Virus record (IMG/VR): IMGVR_UViG_3300021387_000090
Span: 64,001-128,000 of that record
DNA: 64,000 nucleotides
Reading direction: 5' to 3' (one strand)
Source: a virus
Taxonomy: Duplodnaviria > Caudoviricetes
Shown: piece by piece, positions 10,394 to 20,517 of the stretch
How positions within the stretch are numbered: the first letter of the stretch is position 1
Layout: each line of letters starts with the position of its first letter
Notes under the pieces: model-generated
What the model was told of the DNA's origin: nothing
The model's input: only the letters and a program-made list of their open reading frames with translations
The model's database searches: none
Translations under genes and position numbers: made by a program

Positions 10394-13300
10394 CCTTAAT
10401 CCTTTCTACTTGTACTTGAAGTGTTCCGTCATTATTTACTGCTTTAATTAAATTCAAAGTATGCTTATAAATAGTATCGTTATAAATCATAGGCCAAAAC
10501 TGATCATCTCTTCGAATACCCGCAACCAACAGAAGATTTCCACGTTTCAACCAACTTTCTTCCAATCTGGTTTTAGTTCCATTTTCATCAATCTTAGAGA
10601 TTGTTTTACTATAAAAAGCATAGTGGCCTTTATTCATTTTGACATTAACCAACCCATATTTGGTTAATAATGCCACGGTATGATGATTATTATCAGCGTT
10701 TAATACGGTTCCTGCAATTCTGGTAATATTATATTTGGGTATAGTTTTAGGCTCACCGTTGACATATCTAGTGTAAAACTCATAGGCCGTTGGCTCTGAA
10801 GGAAGATCAAAGAAATTTGAAATGCCATATTTTTGTTCATCAACATTCTCTAATTCATGCTCTGACTCATAATAGCAAAGTGATTCCATAGACCAATGAG
10901 AAGGTGTACCCTCACCATATTTCTCCCACATTTCAATAGACAAATTCCAATTGTATCTATTAATCGCTTCTGGACTTACAAACCACTCTCTTAATGGTTG
11001 CAAATATAGTTCACATTCTTTCTCAATTTTCTTTTCTGATACAACATAATGCCCATTCACCACATCTACAATACAATCCTCTGTAAAGAAATCATTATAT
11101 TTTTCTTGAGCGATATCATCCAAGATAAACCATCTATCATGATATCCTCTTTTGAGCATTTTTTTATCTGGATCAATGTAATTTTTATAGAATCCCTCAT
11201 CATCTAGAATATACTTTTTCATTGCCAACATTTTTACAGATCGTTCGTATTGCTCTGGAATAAGATGTGCTTCTTTCATCTTATTTAATTGTTGCATTGT
11301 AAGTTTTGTTACTGGCGTAATTAAATAGTTTTCAATAAACCAATCCAAAGTTTCTCGTCTATTCTTGTTATGTAATTCTGTAAAGCAACCCGCTTTGATT
11401 AGCTTCACCATTTGAGCGTTCTTTACAATACCAGTATCCAACATCTTTTTTGCAAAATCTTCCATAGAAGCATAAGGACGATTTGCAATAATCTGTTGAG
11501 ATAATTCTGTATTAATTCCATTAATGCCTTTAAGCCCGAAGATAATACGTTGATTTTCAATATCTGGTTTGAACCCAAATTCAGCAGAATTGATTAGAGG
11601 AAAAGATATCGGGACACCTTCATGCTGAACATTTGCAATAGCAATTCCAATTTTACCATAATTAGTAGAATCGTTCGCTTTTTCATCCAACGATCCAGAA
11701 TCAACAATAAGATTTGCCGTGTTCCAATATATAATGGGATATTTATATGCGAGGTTTAGTTCTTGTAAACCTATTATACTATAGGAAAGTGTATGGGACT
11801 TGTTAAAGCCATATCCACGCTGAGTATTTATTAATACTTTCCAAGTATAGTTTGTTAAGGCTTCAGACAATCCTTTTTTCTTAGCATTCTCAAAAAATTC
11901 TTCTTCAAGTTTATCGAAGTCTTTAGGATTTTTTTTCGCCACTGCTTTTCTTAGCCTATCACCCCACACAATATCAAAACCACCAATCTTAGGATGACTG
12001 GTAAGAAGCACTAGATATTCCTGCGCTTCGCAAATCCCGTATGATACACCAAGAATCTCTTTTAATATATCTTGCTCTTCTTCCGTCAACCCATAATCAT
12101 CCATTTCTTTATACCATTGCGTAATATCACTCTTAAAACGAGCAAACTTATCCAACGGCTGTTCAGCGCCTTTTTCTTGTGCCATAAGACGGATGACGGA
12201 ATTCAAGGTAGCAAGATCATCTACAGAATGAGGCTTGGAAAGAGCAATAGCCTTTTTCCCAGATTCCTTTTCCATCTGAAAAAATGAAAGAACCTTATGA
12301 TCCCATAGCATTTTCCACATTTCTTCAGAGGAACGCTCTAAAGTATAAACACCCAAGTATTTCTCGTAAGTTCCTCTTAAAGATCCTTGCCATTCAATTA
12401 CACCATCTTTAAGAAGCAAATCTAATTCAGCATGAATTTTTTCAAGAGCGTCAATTGCTAACAAATCAATTTTGATTAGCCCCATTTTTTCTGCACTATG
12501 AAGATCTGATTGCGTAACCACATCACCAGATTTCGTCCTCATCAAGGCTGTAGCTTCAGTAAGAGGCTTATCATATATGATAACCCCACCTGCATGTTGC
12601 CCGCATCCACAAACAAGTCCTTCAATTTTTTCTGCTGTTCGCCACAAATTGGGATGAGCATCCATTTCTCGCACAAATTCTGGAGAAGGTGGGTACTCTT
12701 CATTACCATAATACATGGTCTTTAATGATCTTGGCATACCACGATCAAACACAACAAGCGAAGCTATATAAGAAGCGGTATCGTTATCAATGCCAAGTCC
12801 TCTGGCAGCGGTAAGAATAGCGCTTCTACTTTTTTCTGTCTGCAAAGTAAGAACTTTTGATACTTTATCAGCGCCATAAGTATCTTTTAATGCTTGAATG
12901 ATATCATCCCGTTTTCCTCCCTCGACATCTGTATCAATATCAAGCACACTTGCACGATAGGGATTAAGAAATCTCCATGGATAAGTTTTAGTAGTTTCTC
13001 GCAAAGGATCAATTTGAGTGATGCCTAATAAATATAATAAACAAAAACCTACACCAGATCCTCTACCTGCACCGACTAAACTCCCCGTTTGCCATGCTAT
13101 ATTAATATAATCACGAACCTGCATCAGATAAGCAGACCAATGGACTTTCATTTTTTCAGATGATTTAATTAAATAACTCAAACACTCATTGACTGCTGCA
13201 TATCCTCTTTCAGTTTGATAATTAGAATGATTATCAATTGACTTCACCAATTCTCGTAGCATATGTCTATCACTGTCTACTGGTGAATTTAACTCTTTCA

Positions 13301-14306
13301 GAAGAGGGATGCTTTTTTCATATTTTTCAATCAGTTTATTATCTGGCTCAGTATCTTCTAATGGCAAGTAGGGAATTTCCAACTGTTTGGTAATTCCGAA
13401 CGGTTGAATCATTTCATAAACACGCAATGTATTATCTAGCCCTATCTGAACAGTTTGACTATCCAGATAACCATCCATATATGAATGGATTTCCTCGGGA
13501 CTCATTACATAAGTTGAAGCATAAAACTCATCAACTTCACGATCACCGTCCTGTGCATTTAGAAAAGCTTTATGAATATCTCGATCTTCTTTCTTTAGAT
13601 AATGCGCATCTGTTGTAATAATATATGGTGTATTTGTACTTTTGGCTAACAGTACTAATTTATTATTTACATATATCTGTTCTTCAGATTTTGATGGTTG
13701 AAGTTCTAGAAAAAAATACCCATCACCGAATAAATCTTTCATATTTTCAATCCATAATTTACAAGATTCCCAAATAGTATCTTTCTCTAATTCATTTGCC
13801 ACTCTATATTGCAAAATCCTTCTTGGCAAACTACCTCCAATACAAGCACTAGAACCAATTAAATGTCCTTTATACTTCTCTAATATTTCTTGTAAGTCAG
13901 AATAATATGTGGGGACACGATACATAACAGACATAAATGAATTATCAACCCATGCCTTAGTACTTAATTCTCGTAATCCTTTATATCCATATTCATCAAG
14001 CGCCACAAGAATAAAATGGGGATAAACATTATCTTTAGCATTCTCAGTGGTTACTGTACTGGGACAAAGATAAATTTCATTACCAAGCCCCAGTTTAAAA
14101 TCTTTCCAATCAGGATCTTCTTTATGTGATTCTACATATTCAATAGCAGATAAATGGGCGGTAAGAGATTCATGGTCTGTAATACACAAACCTTTTAATC
14201 CTAAATTATGAACGTATTGGATAAGTTCTGGAACTTTATTTGTGGAGTCCCGTAGTCTTAAATTACTACCTGTATCTGTATGATTATGTATACTAAAATA
14301 AGTCAT
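10383..14306 (-). CDS. dnaE: DNA polymerase III alpha subunit
   Basis: PHP domain (HNHT, ITDHE, TTDAHY), GRGSG, LDIDTD, HAGGV, KIDLL, YGFNKSH. Confidence 0.95.
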   Translation of the reverse strand: MTYFSIHNHTDTGSNLRLRDSTNKVPELIQYVHNLGLKGLCITDHESLTAHLSAIEYVESHKEDPDWKDFKLGLGNEIYLCPSTVTTENAKDNVYPHFILVALDEYGYKGLRELSTKAWVDNSFMSVMYRVPTYYSDLQEILEKYKGHLIGSSACIGGSLPRRILQYRVANELEKDTIWESCKLWIENMKDLFGDGYFFLELQPSKSEEQIYVNNKLVLLAKSTNTPYIITTDAHYLKKEDRDIHKAFLNAQDGDREVDEFYASTYVMSPEEIHSYMDGYLDSQTVQIGLDNTLRVYEMIQPFGITKQLEIPYLPLEDTEPDNKLIEKYEKSIPLLKELNSPVDSDRHMLRELVKSIDNHSNYQTERGYAAVNECLSYLIKSSEKMKVHWSAYLMQVRDYINIAWQTGSLVGAGRGSGVGFCLLYLLGITQIDPLRETTKTYPWRFLNPYRASVLDIDTDVEGGKRDDIIQALKDTYGADKVSKVLTLQTEKSRSAILTAARGLGIDNDTASYIASLVVFDRGMPRSLKTMYYGNEEYPPSPEFVREMDAHPNLWRTAEKIEGLVCGCGQHAGGVIIYDKPLTEATALMRTKSGDVVTQSDLHSAEKMGLIKIDLLAIDALEKIHAELDLLLKDGVIEWQGSLRGTYEKYLGVYTLERSSEEMWKMLWDHKVLSFFQMEKESGKKAIALSKPHSVDDLATLNSVIRLMAQEKGAEQPLDKFARFKSDITQWYKEMDDYGLTEEEQDILKEILGVSYGICEAQEYLVLLTSHPKIGGFDIVWGDRLRKAVAKKNPKDFDKLEEEFFENAKKKGLSEALTNYTWKVLINTQRGYGFNKSHTLSYSIIGLQELNLAYKYPIIYWNTANLIVDSGSLDEKANDSTNYGKIGIAIANVQHEGVPISFPLINSAEFGFKPDIENQRIIFGLKGINGINTELSQQIIANRPYASMEDFAKKMLDTGIVKNAQMVKLIKAGCFTELHNKNRRETLDWFIENYLITPVTKLTMQQLNKMKEAHLIPEQYERSVKMLAMKKYILDDEGFYKNYIDPDKKMLKRGYHDRWFILDDIAQEKYNDFFTEDCIVDVVNGHYVVSEKKIEKECELYLQPLREWFVSPEAINRYNWNLSIEMWEKYGEGTPSHWSMESLCYYESEHELENVDEQKYGISNFFDLPSEPTAYEFYTRYVNGEPKTIPKYNITRIAGTVLNADNNHHTVALLTKYGLVNVKMNKGHYAFYSKTISKIDENGTKTRLEESWLKRGNLLLVAGIRRDDQFWPMIYNDTIYKHTLNLIKAVNNDGTLQVQVERIKDGQ

Positions 14307-14408
14307 TTTACAACCACCTTTGTATAATAGTGAGGATTGACTATTCTATATTCTTATACGAATATTACCTCCCTATTCAGGAACCAGTCAATCCTCACCC
14401 CGTGCTAA

Positions 14409-15341
14409 TTAAAGAAAATTTTTGACATATTGAAACATCGCCTGAACATCATTATCTAATTCGTCAATGCTATATCTTTTATCCAAAGGCTCCGTAGAAC
14501 TTTTCGCAAAAACATTATTAACCATATCAATATAAAAAGTCATGGTTCCGTCTTCGCCTTGAAAGAAGACATCCCAGATTTGTTTTGGTAAATGATCTTT
14601 TACATGAAGCTGTTCTATTGCGAGACAATCGAACGAAACTATTTTAAAATTATCAAACATTAAAGATAAGTTACGTTCAAGCATACCAATATTCCAATCA
14701 ACATCTCTGTCATATTGTGAATAATATTCATTTCCTCTACGAAGTTTCTTGTATCCTAAAATCAAAATTTTAAGATCTTTACCATGTTCCATTAAAACTT
14801 GAAGTTGATGTTCATTAAGAACTCCTGCAATTACATGAACAACTAAATTGGGGAATTCTTTAATTGCTGTAAAAAATTCTTCAGATGGATCTATAAGAGA
14901 TACACCAATTCCTCTAATCCTATGATGCCTTACAAGATAACGAATTAAATTAATGTTATCCATAAAGTGCTTTTGATTTACAGTAATATTGACAAATACG
15001 TGTTGGTAAGACAATTTATCCAAAAAGTCCAACAAATAAGGATGAGTAAAAATATTACCACCACCAAGAGCGATTTCTGTGTATGGTTTTAGTGTTTTAA
15101 CCCATTCAGCGGTCATAATATTGCCATGTTTTCCATTAGTCGTACTTCCTTCATGGCACATTTTGCATCCCATGTCACAACAATCAGTAATTTTAACGTC
15201 CAGATTTTCGGGATATTCAAAATCGAATTTATCATCCAACGAATATCGAATAACCGAACCATCATTAAAACGCTTTACAAAGACATTACCATTCGTATAC
15301 TCTGCAATTATATTTCTTATCACGCTCATATTTAATTCCAC
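14409..15341 (-). CDS. Radical SAM protein
   Basis: CDMGCKMCHE (CX3CX2C), IALGGGN, NITVN. Confidence 0.85.
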   Translation of the reverse strand: MELNMSVIRNIIAEYTNGNVFVKRFNDGSVIRYSLDDKFDFEYPENLDVKITDCCDMGCKMCHEGSTTNGKHGNIMTAEWVKTLKPYTEIALGGGNIFTHPYLLDFLDKLSYQHVFVNITVNQKHFMDNINLIRYLVRHHRIRGIGVSLIDPSEEFFTAIKEFPNLVVHVIAGVLNEHQLQVLMEHGKDLKILILGYKKLRRGNEYYSQYDRDVDWNIGMLERNLSLMFDNFKIVSFDCLAIEQLHVKDHLPKQIWDVFFQGEDGTMTFYIDMVNNVFAKSSTEPLDKRYSIDELDNDVQAMFQYVKNFL

Positions 15342-15889
15342 TTCTCAAAAATTTCGTAATCCTTTTCAGGAGTATTTTCTCTAAAATAAGCAATATCATC
15401 CATGTCACTATTGTCATTCGAAGTAAGGATCACACCATCGCCAAATAGATATCTTAAGAGTCTCTTTTCGTTACCAATAATGGCCTTAACAAAATTTATT
15501 AATTCATAGCCATGATCAATATATCCATTAGGCCAACCCGATGCGTCATAATCATCAGTATCAAATACAGCCTCAACACCATATTTACCCAACGTATCAT
15601 AGATCCAATTAATAGCTTCTTCTCTAAGTTTTAGATTTTCTTTATTTTCTTTGTTATCGTATTTGCCAAAAAATCCTCCCCCTGGATAAACTTCAAACAA
15701 TGCCTGATAGAGATAGGAGGCTTTTGAATCTACACCAAAATATACAATATGTTCCCAGCCATATTCACCATGATTAAAGTGGACAGTTAAAGGATTCAAA
15801 TCTTTTTCAATATTTTTCTTTGTGATTGAAATAGCGTGAACAGAACTACTATTAGTCTCCCATACACCCTTACGAATTGTTAATTTCAT
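15332..15889 (-). CDS. Hypothetical protein with N-terminal ETNSSSVH motif
   Basis: ORF track. Shares ~20 N-terminal residues with the next ORF. Confidence 0.7.
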   Translation of the reverse strand: MKLTIRKGVWETNSSSVHAISITKKNIEKDLNPLTVHFNHGEYGWEHIVYFGVDSKASYLYQALFEVYPGGGFFGKYDNKENKENLKLREEAINWIYDTLGKYGVEAVFDTDDYDASGWPNGYIDHGYELINFVKAIIGNEKRLLRYLFGDGVILTSNDNSDMDDIAYFRENTPEKDYEIFEKWN

Positions 15890-15901
15890 TTTGTTCTCCT
15901 T

Positions 15902-16192
15902 TTAATAATCATAGCCAGAATAACCAAATACTTTTATTTCATCGCCAGATGGGGATATAAAATCTTCTTCAAAACCTTCATATCTTTCAATATAATCATA
16001 ATAATCATCAACAGATAAATAACGATCTTCATCTTCTTGTTCAAGTTTATTGGTTACAATTTTATCATCCCAAATATCATAATATGCTTCACCGTTCAAC
16101 CATTTATCATAATCAGATTTGTTACAAATACACAACGCATGAACAGAACTACTGTTAGTTTCCCAAACTCCATTTCGTATAGTAATCTTCAT
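15902..16192 (-). CDS. Hypothetical protein with N-terminal ETNSSSVH motif
   Basis: MKITIRNGVWETNSSSVHAL, paralogous N-terminus. Confidence 0.7.
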   Translation of the reverse strand: MKITIRNGVWETNSSSVHALCICNKSDYDKWLNGEAYYDIWDDKIVTNKLEQEDEDRYLSVDDYYDYIERYEGFEEDFISPSGDEIKVFGYSGYDY

Positions 16193-16193
16193 A

Positions 16194-17237
16194 TTATTTC
16201 TCCTTAATAAGATAGTCGTTATTCAAAACTTTCATGGAGAGCCAACCAGAAATTTCTGTAGAATATACATGATTACTAATTGGACGAATTACAATTCCCT
16301 CTTTCTGCTGTCCAGATGAATACTTGCCCTTTGCTCTTTCAAGTAAATCTTCTACTGTATCATAAGAAAAGAATAAACTCTCTTCTTCAACAGGAACCAT
16401 ATTAAGGTCACAGTCATTACACAGCTTCTGAATCTCATATAGGCTATATCTTCTATCATTGACAAAATCAAGAACAGTAAATACATACCATTCTGGCCTC
16501 TTAAGTCCAAGACGGTTGCCCTGAATTCCGGGACCGCACCATTCTCCTTGAACAGCAATGTTCCGATACCCATATTTTTCTAAGGATTCAAAAATATTGT
16601 GTTCATGAGCATATTTCCACATTGCGCACTTATCGTCATCAGCCAATTCATTATTGCGTGAACATACACCATTATGATCGTAATAGTTATACATAGTAAC
16701 AGGACTACCGTCCATTTTAGTAGTAATGTAATAACCTTCACAAGATTTAAATTCGTCAATAAGTCTCGGATAAGATTGCACACGAAGTTCGTCTGTCTTA
16801 GGGACTCCAATGGAAGTGGGAAAGTCACTAATCACGGTTCCAGCAGCACTTGTATATTCTTCAATTTCCCACTTCTTAACTCCAAGAATATCAGTAACGT
16901 CATCACCAAGGAAATAATCACCTTCAGGCAGAATAGACATTGGCATAACCAATCCCTGAGAAATCTCGCCACGAAGCTTAACCGTTTTAAGTCTGAATCC
17001 CTCACCCATTAAATCGGTCTTTTTATAACTGCTATTCCGAAGGAATTCAAATTTCTCTTCTACAGGCAGAAAACTATCTACTTCAAAATATACACACCAA
17101 TCACCAACATGAAATTGTCCCTTCTGACAAACAACTTGCCATCCCAATACATGAACGAGTTCAATTCTATCAGCATCTTTAATAGGCGTTACATCATGTA
17201 CATACTGAATTGAGGCCAGCTTTCTTTTCGTACCCAT
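16194..17237 (-). CDS. ATP-dependent RNA ligase (DRB0094/Rnl2-like)
   Basis: N-terminal RKLASIQ...ADRIE OB-like domain, KMDG adenylation motif, QGEWCG, EGIVIR, terminal SMKVL. Confidence 0.88.
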   Translation of the reverse strand: MGTKRKLASIQYVHDVTPIKDADRIELVHVLGWQVVCQKGQFHVGDWCVYFEVDSFLPVEEKFEFLRNSSYKKTDLMGEGFRLKTVKLRGEISQGLVMPMSILPEGDYFLGDDVTDILGVKKWEIEEYTSAAGTVISDFPTSIGVPKTDELRVQSYPRLIDEFKSCEGYYITTKMDGSPVTMYNYYDHNGVCSRNNELADDDKCAMWKYAHEHNIFESLEKYGYRNIAVQGEWCGPGIQGNRLGLKRPEWYVFTVLDFVNDRRYSLYEIQKLCNDCDLNMVPVEEESLFFSYDTVEDLLERAKGKYSSGQQKEGIVIRPISNHVYSTEISGWLSMKVLNNDYLIKEK

Positions 17238-17246
17238 CTTTTCTCC

Positions 17247-18104
17247 TTAATTTTCTTTGCTCTTCTGAATTGCCTTTGCAATAATATCAATCTGCTCCTG
17301 ATTCTGCTGTTCTTTACGCTTCTCTCTACGTTTTTTATTTTTAGCTTTTCTACGAGCAATAATAGCTTTACGCTCTTCTTCTTCGGCTTTCTTTTTATCT
17401 TCTTCTTTTAGCCAATTATTGTAAGCTTTAATGGCACGATCAAATTCTTTATTTGACTTATTAAATCTATGAATATATGCCTGTGCAATATATTCAATCC
17501 CTTCTATAGAATAATCCAAATTATAGTGCTTATTATTATATTTTGCCCACGCAAGAGCAAGTGCATATTTTAAATCAAATACATCAGGCTCTTTACATAC
17601 CTGCTTATAAATATGTGGTGTACCATCATAAATAGTGATTTCCACAACTCTGTTAGGAACAAGCACATTAATATTTGCAATAAAAGGCTCTGTACGAAGT
17701 GCGAGTGGTGAAAAATCCTTCGGCAAAGTATTCATTATGTTTTTATCGACACCTTTATGTTCTGTTTTATGTTCTGTTTTATATTCTGTATATTCTGGCG
17801 GTTTTATTGCAAATGTACAACATTTATCAGAATAAAAATATCGATTGGGTTCTGCATCTTTGGGTTCTGCATCTTGCGCTACAATAGATTTTATCCAGCC
17901 AGAACCAGTAAGTGTTCCTATTGTAGCTGTGGTGGTTGTTAAAGGTGTAATATTAAATTCATTGTTCGGATTAATTGTATTAGTAGTGAAATTGCCAATA
18001 TTTGAATATGCGTTAGTAATTGAAGATTCCATATCCTTACCTCTCTTTTCTACAAAATTCTTTAAACCATTCAAGCATTCTATCTTCTTCTGTATAAAAT
18101 CCAT
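17247..18104 (-). CDS. Hypothetical protein with basic coiled-coil C-terminus
   Basis: ORF track. Short tandem repeats (DAEPK x2, TEHK x2-3). Confidence 0.55.
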   Translation of the reverse strand: MDFIQKKIECLNGLKNFVEKRGKDMESSITNAYSNIGNFTTNTINPNNEFNITPLTTTTATIGTLTGSGWIKSIVAQDAEPKDAEPNRYFYSDKCCTFAIKPPEYTEYKTEHKTEHKGVDKNIMNTLPKDFSPLALRTEPFIANINVLVPNRVVEITIYDGTPHIYKQVCKEPDVFDLKYALALAWAKYNNKHYNLDYSIEGIEYIAQAYIHRFNKSNKEFDRAIKAYNNWLKEEDKKKAEEEERKAIIARRKAKNKKRREKRKEQQNQEQIDIIAKAIQKSKEN

Positions 18105-18240
18105 CTACTTTATATGTCTGCGCTATCCATCCTAAAAAGTTCATTACCAATTGGCTCCAACGCCAATCAGGGAAACACTCCATATGTAGTTTTTTCATTT
18201 CATCATAAAAATTATCTAATCTATTTGGATCTCTCATTTT

Positions 18241-19350
18241 TTATACTCCTGTTATGTTCATTGAACTCATCATTTTTAAGATGTTTATGTTTTGACGAAT
18301 ATTGTCAAACAATCTATTAATATCACCCTTATCCACTTCATCAGGAAAACTAATTCTGATTGTTCTAGCAGCTTCTTCATCGCTCAAACCAATAGCTTTT
18401 AGTACATGACTGGGTTCAGAATTATACGAATTACAAGCAGAACCTGCGGATACATACTCGCCCTGATCATGAAGCAACCCAATTAACTGTTGACCATCAA
18501 TTGGTTCTTTAATTGTAAGACTTAAAATATTATAAAGCCTCTGTGTAGGATGACCGTTTACAGTTGCAAAATCTTGACAATGTTCTACAGCGTATTCATA
18601 TACTTCTTTGAAATAATTCTGTTTTGAATAATCAATTAATTCAACTGCTTTAGCCAAACCCATAATATAAGGTACATTTTCTGTACCACCACGCATATTT
18701 CGTTCTTGTGAACCATATATTAGTGGACTTAGGTATTCCTGCGAATCTTCTTTTATATATATAAATCCAATTCCTTTTGGCGCTCCAATTTTATGGCCTG
18801 AAACGGACAAAGAGTCAACGCCTAATTCCTTTACATCTATCGGAATTTTTCCATACGCTTGAACAGCATCTGTATGGAAAAAAATCTGTCTATCATGTGC
18901 ATACTTTACCAATGTTTTAATATCTTGAACTGTACCAATTTCATTATTTGCCATAATTACGGCAATAATAGCAGAATCTAGGTATACATCATCTAACCAA
19001 CTAGCATATGAAATAACACCAAATTGATCATTGTATAATGTTTTACTAGAATCTCTTACGCCCACGTCAATCGAATGATGTTCCAAACATGATGTTGCAA
19101 CCATAACATCATAATCGTTAGAAACTACCCATGAATTCCCTTCACTACCACCAGAGGTAAAAAAGATCTCCTCTGGTTTTGCATTAATACTTTTTGCAAT
19201 TATTTCTCTGGCCCTTTCAACGTCTCTACGAATTTCTCTGGCAGGTTCATAGATTGCTGAAGGGTTATACCACTTATCTGTAAAATAAGGCATCATAGCC
19301 TTTAATACTTCAGGCTTCACAGGTGTGGTTGCCGCTGTATCCCAATACAT
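18241..19350 (-). CDS. iscS: Cysteine desulfurase (IscS/NifS family)
   Basis: YWDTAATTP, FTSGGSE, ANNEIG, HTDAVQ, SGHK (PLP Lys), GGTEN, SAGSAC (catalytic Cys). Confidence 0.92.
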   Translation of the reverse strand: MYWDTAATTPVKPEVLKAMMPYFTDKWYNPSAIYEPAREIRRDVERAREIIAKSINAKPEEIFFTSGGSEGNSWVVSNDYDVMVATSCLEHHSIDVGVRDSSKTLYNDQFGVISYASWLDDVYLDSAIIAVIMANNEIGTVQDIKTLVKYAHDRQIFFHTDAVQAYGKIPIDVKELGVDSLSVSGHKIGAPKGIGFIYIKEDSQEYLSPLIYGSQERNMRGGTENVPYIMGLAKAVELIDYSKQNYFKEVYEYAVEHCQDFATVNGHPTQRLYNILSLTIKEPIDGQQLIGLLHDQGEYVSAGSACNSYNSEPSHVLKAIGLSDEEAARTIRISFPDEVDKGDINRLFDNIRQNINILKMMSSMNITGV

Positions 19351-19542
19351 ATCTTCTCTCCTTATACAATTTCTTCTTCTTCACGAATACGCTTCTTAGA
19401 ATTACGGATATCACCTTGTCTAGTTTCTTTTTTCAAGCGTTCATGAAAAGTTTTTAACTGATAATCTAATTTAGCCATTGTGCTTGTCCACTTTGCATAG
19501 TCTGTATCTCTACCGGGGTGCTTCTTACTCATTTTGTTCCTC

Positions 19543-20517
19543 CTAAAAAATAATTTTTCTCTTTTCTATAACCTTGTTATTTGGATCCCAAACTTTATTT
19601 ACATCAAATGTTTTATTTGAAGGTGTCCATTTACTGTAATAATCACATAGGGTTTTGAATTCATGAGCATTTGGATTATTATTACAGAAATTACAATAAT
19701 AACAAAGGGGAGTGGGATTGGGACTCCAAAAACCAGACTTCTTGTTATCATCAATCTTATCAAAAATGTTAGTAAGTTTTTTAATAAGTCGTTTTTCCCA
19801 ACCCTTTGTCAGTGCCAACTGACTATCATCTATACAAATAAAACGATATAAACTTTCAATAGGTAATCGTCCAAATTCATTTAGAATTGCAAGAGCATAT
19901 ATTCCAAACTGTAAAGATGTTGCCAATTTTGAAGCATCATATGGTTTCTTAGATGTTTTATAATCAACGGTTCTATATACAATCCCATTTTTACAATCAA
20001 TCCTATCTATAAAACCATGTATAATTGCTCGATCATCCCAAACAAATTCAAAAGGCTTCTCAAAAGCTATTGGTTCCCATCCGTCATCCTGCTCCATTTC
20101 TTCTTGCATCACATCATGGAATCTTTCAACCTTCCAATCATAAGTATGTCCTTCAGAATCTGGAACACTCCACGTTTCCCAATATTTGGCTTTAAGGTCA
20201 TTTAATCCCAACAAATCGTTTTTTGTTTTTTCTGTAATTTCATGAAATCCATACTGTTCAAGGTCATAAAGTTTTTCATAATTTACAGCAGTGTGGGTTA
20301 ACATCAATCCTTTGTTTTCAAGAACTAAATGAAATAATGATCCCAATTCAAGTGCCAAACTTGTATCAGAACTATAATGTTGATCTTGATACTTAAATTG
20401 ATAAGCCATTGGACAATTTAAGTATTGCTCTAATTTTGAATAAGAAAAAGTTTCTAAATTCTTCTTATCCTTTTCAGTTACATTTCTTATATACGGTCTT
20501 AACAAATCTTCATTCAT
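19543..20517 (-). CDS. PD-(D/E)XK nuclease (RecB/AddB/Cas4-like)
   Basis: FSYSKL..Y..CP, GFIDRID, VDYKT, QFGIYA, C-terminal C..C..C. Confidence 0.85.
   Translation of the reverse strand: MNEDLLRPYIRNVTEKDKKNLETFSYSKLEQYLNCPMAYQFKYQDQHYSSDTSLALELGSLFHLVLENKGLMLTHTAVNYEKLYDLEQYGFHEITEKTKNDLLGLNDLKAKYWETWSVPDSEGHTYDWKVERFHDVMQEEMEQDDGWEPIAFEKPFEFVWDDRAIIHGFIDRIDCKNGIVYRTVDYKTSKKPYDASKLATSLQFGIYALAILNEFGRLPIESLYRFICIDDSQLALTKGWEKRLIKKLTNIFDKIDDNKKSGFWSPNPTPLCYYCNFCNNNPNAHEFKTLCDYYSKWTPSNKTFDVNKVWDPNNKVIEKRKIIF

Noticed and set aside
10383-14306. Intein or intron in dnaE, dnaB or recD2
   Set aside because: The ORFs are continuous, of plausible length, and show no C...HN splice or LAGLIDADG motifs.
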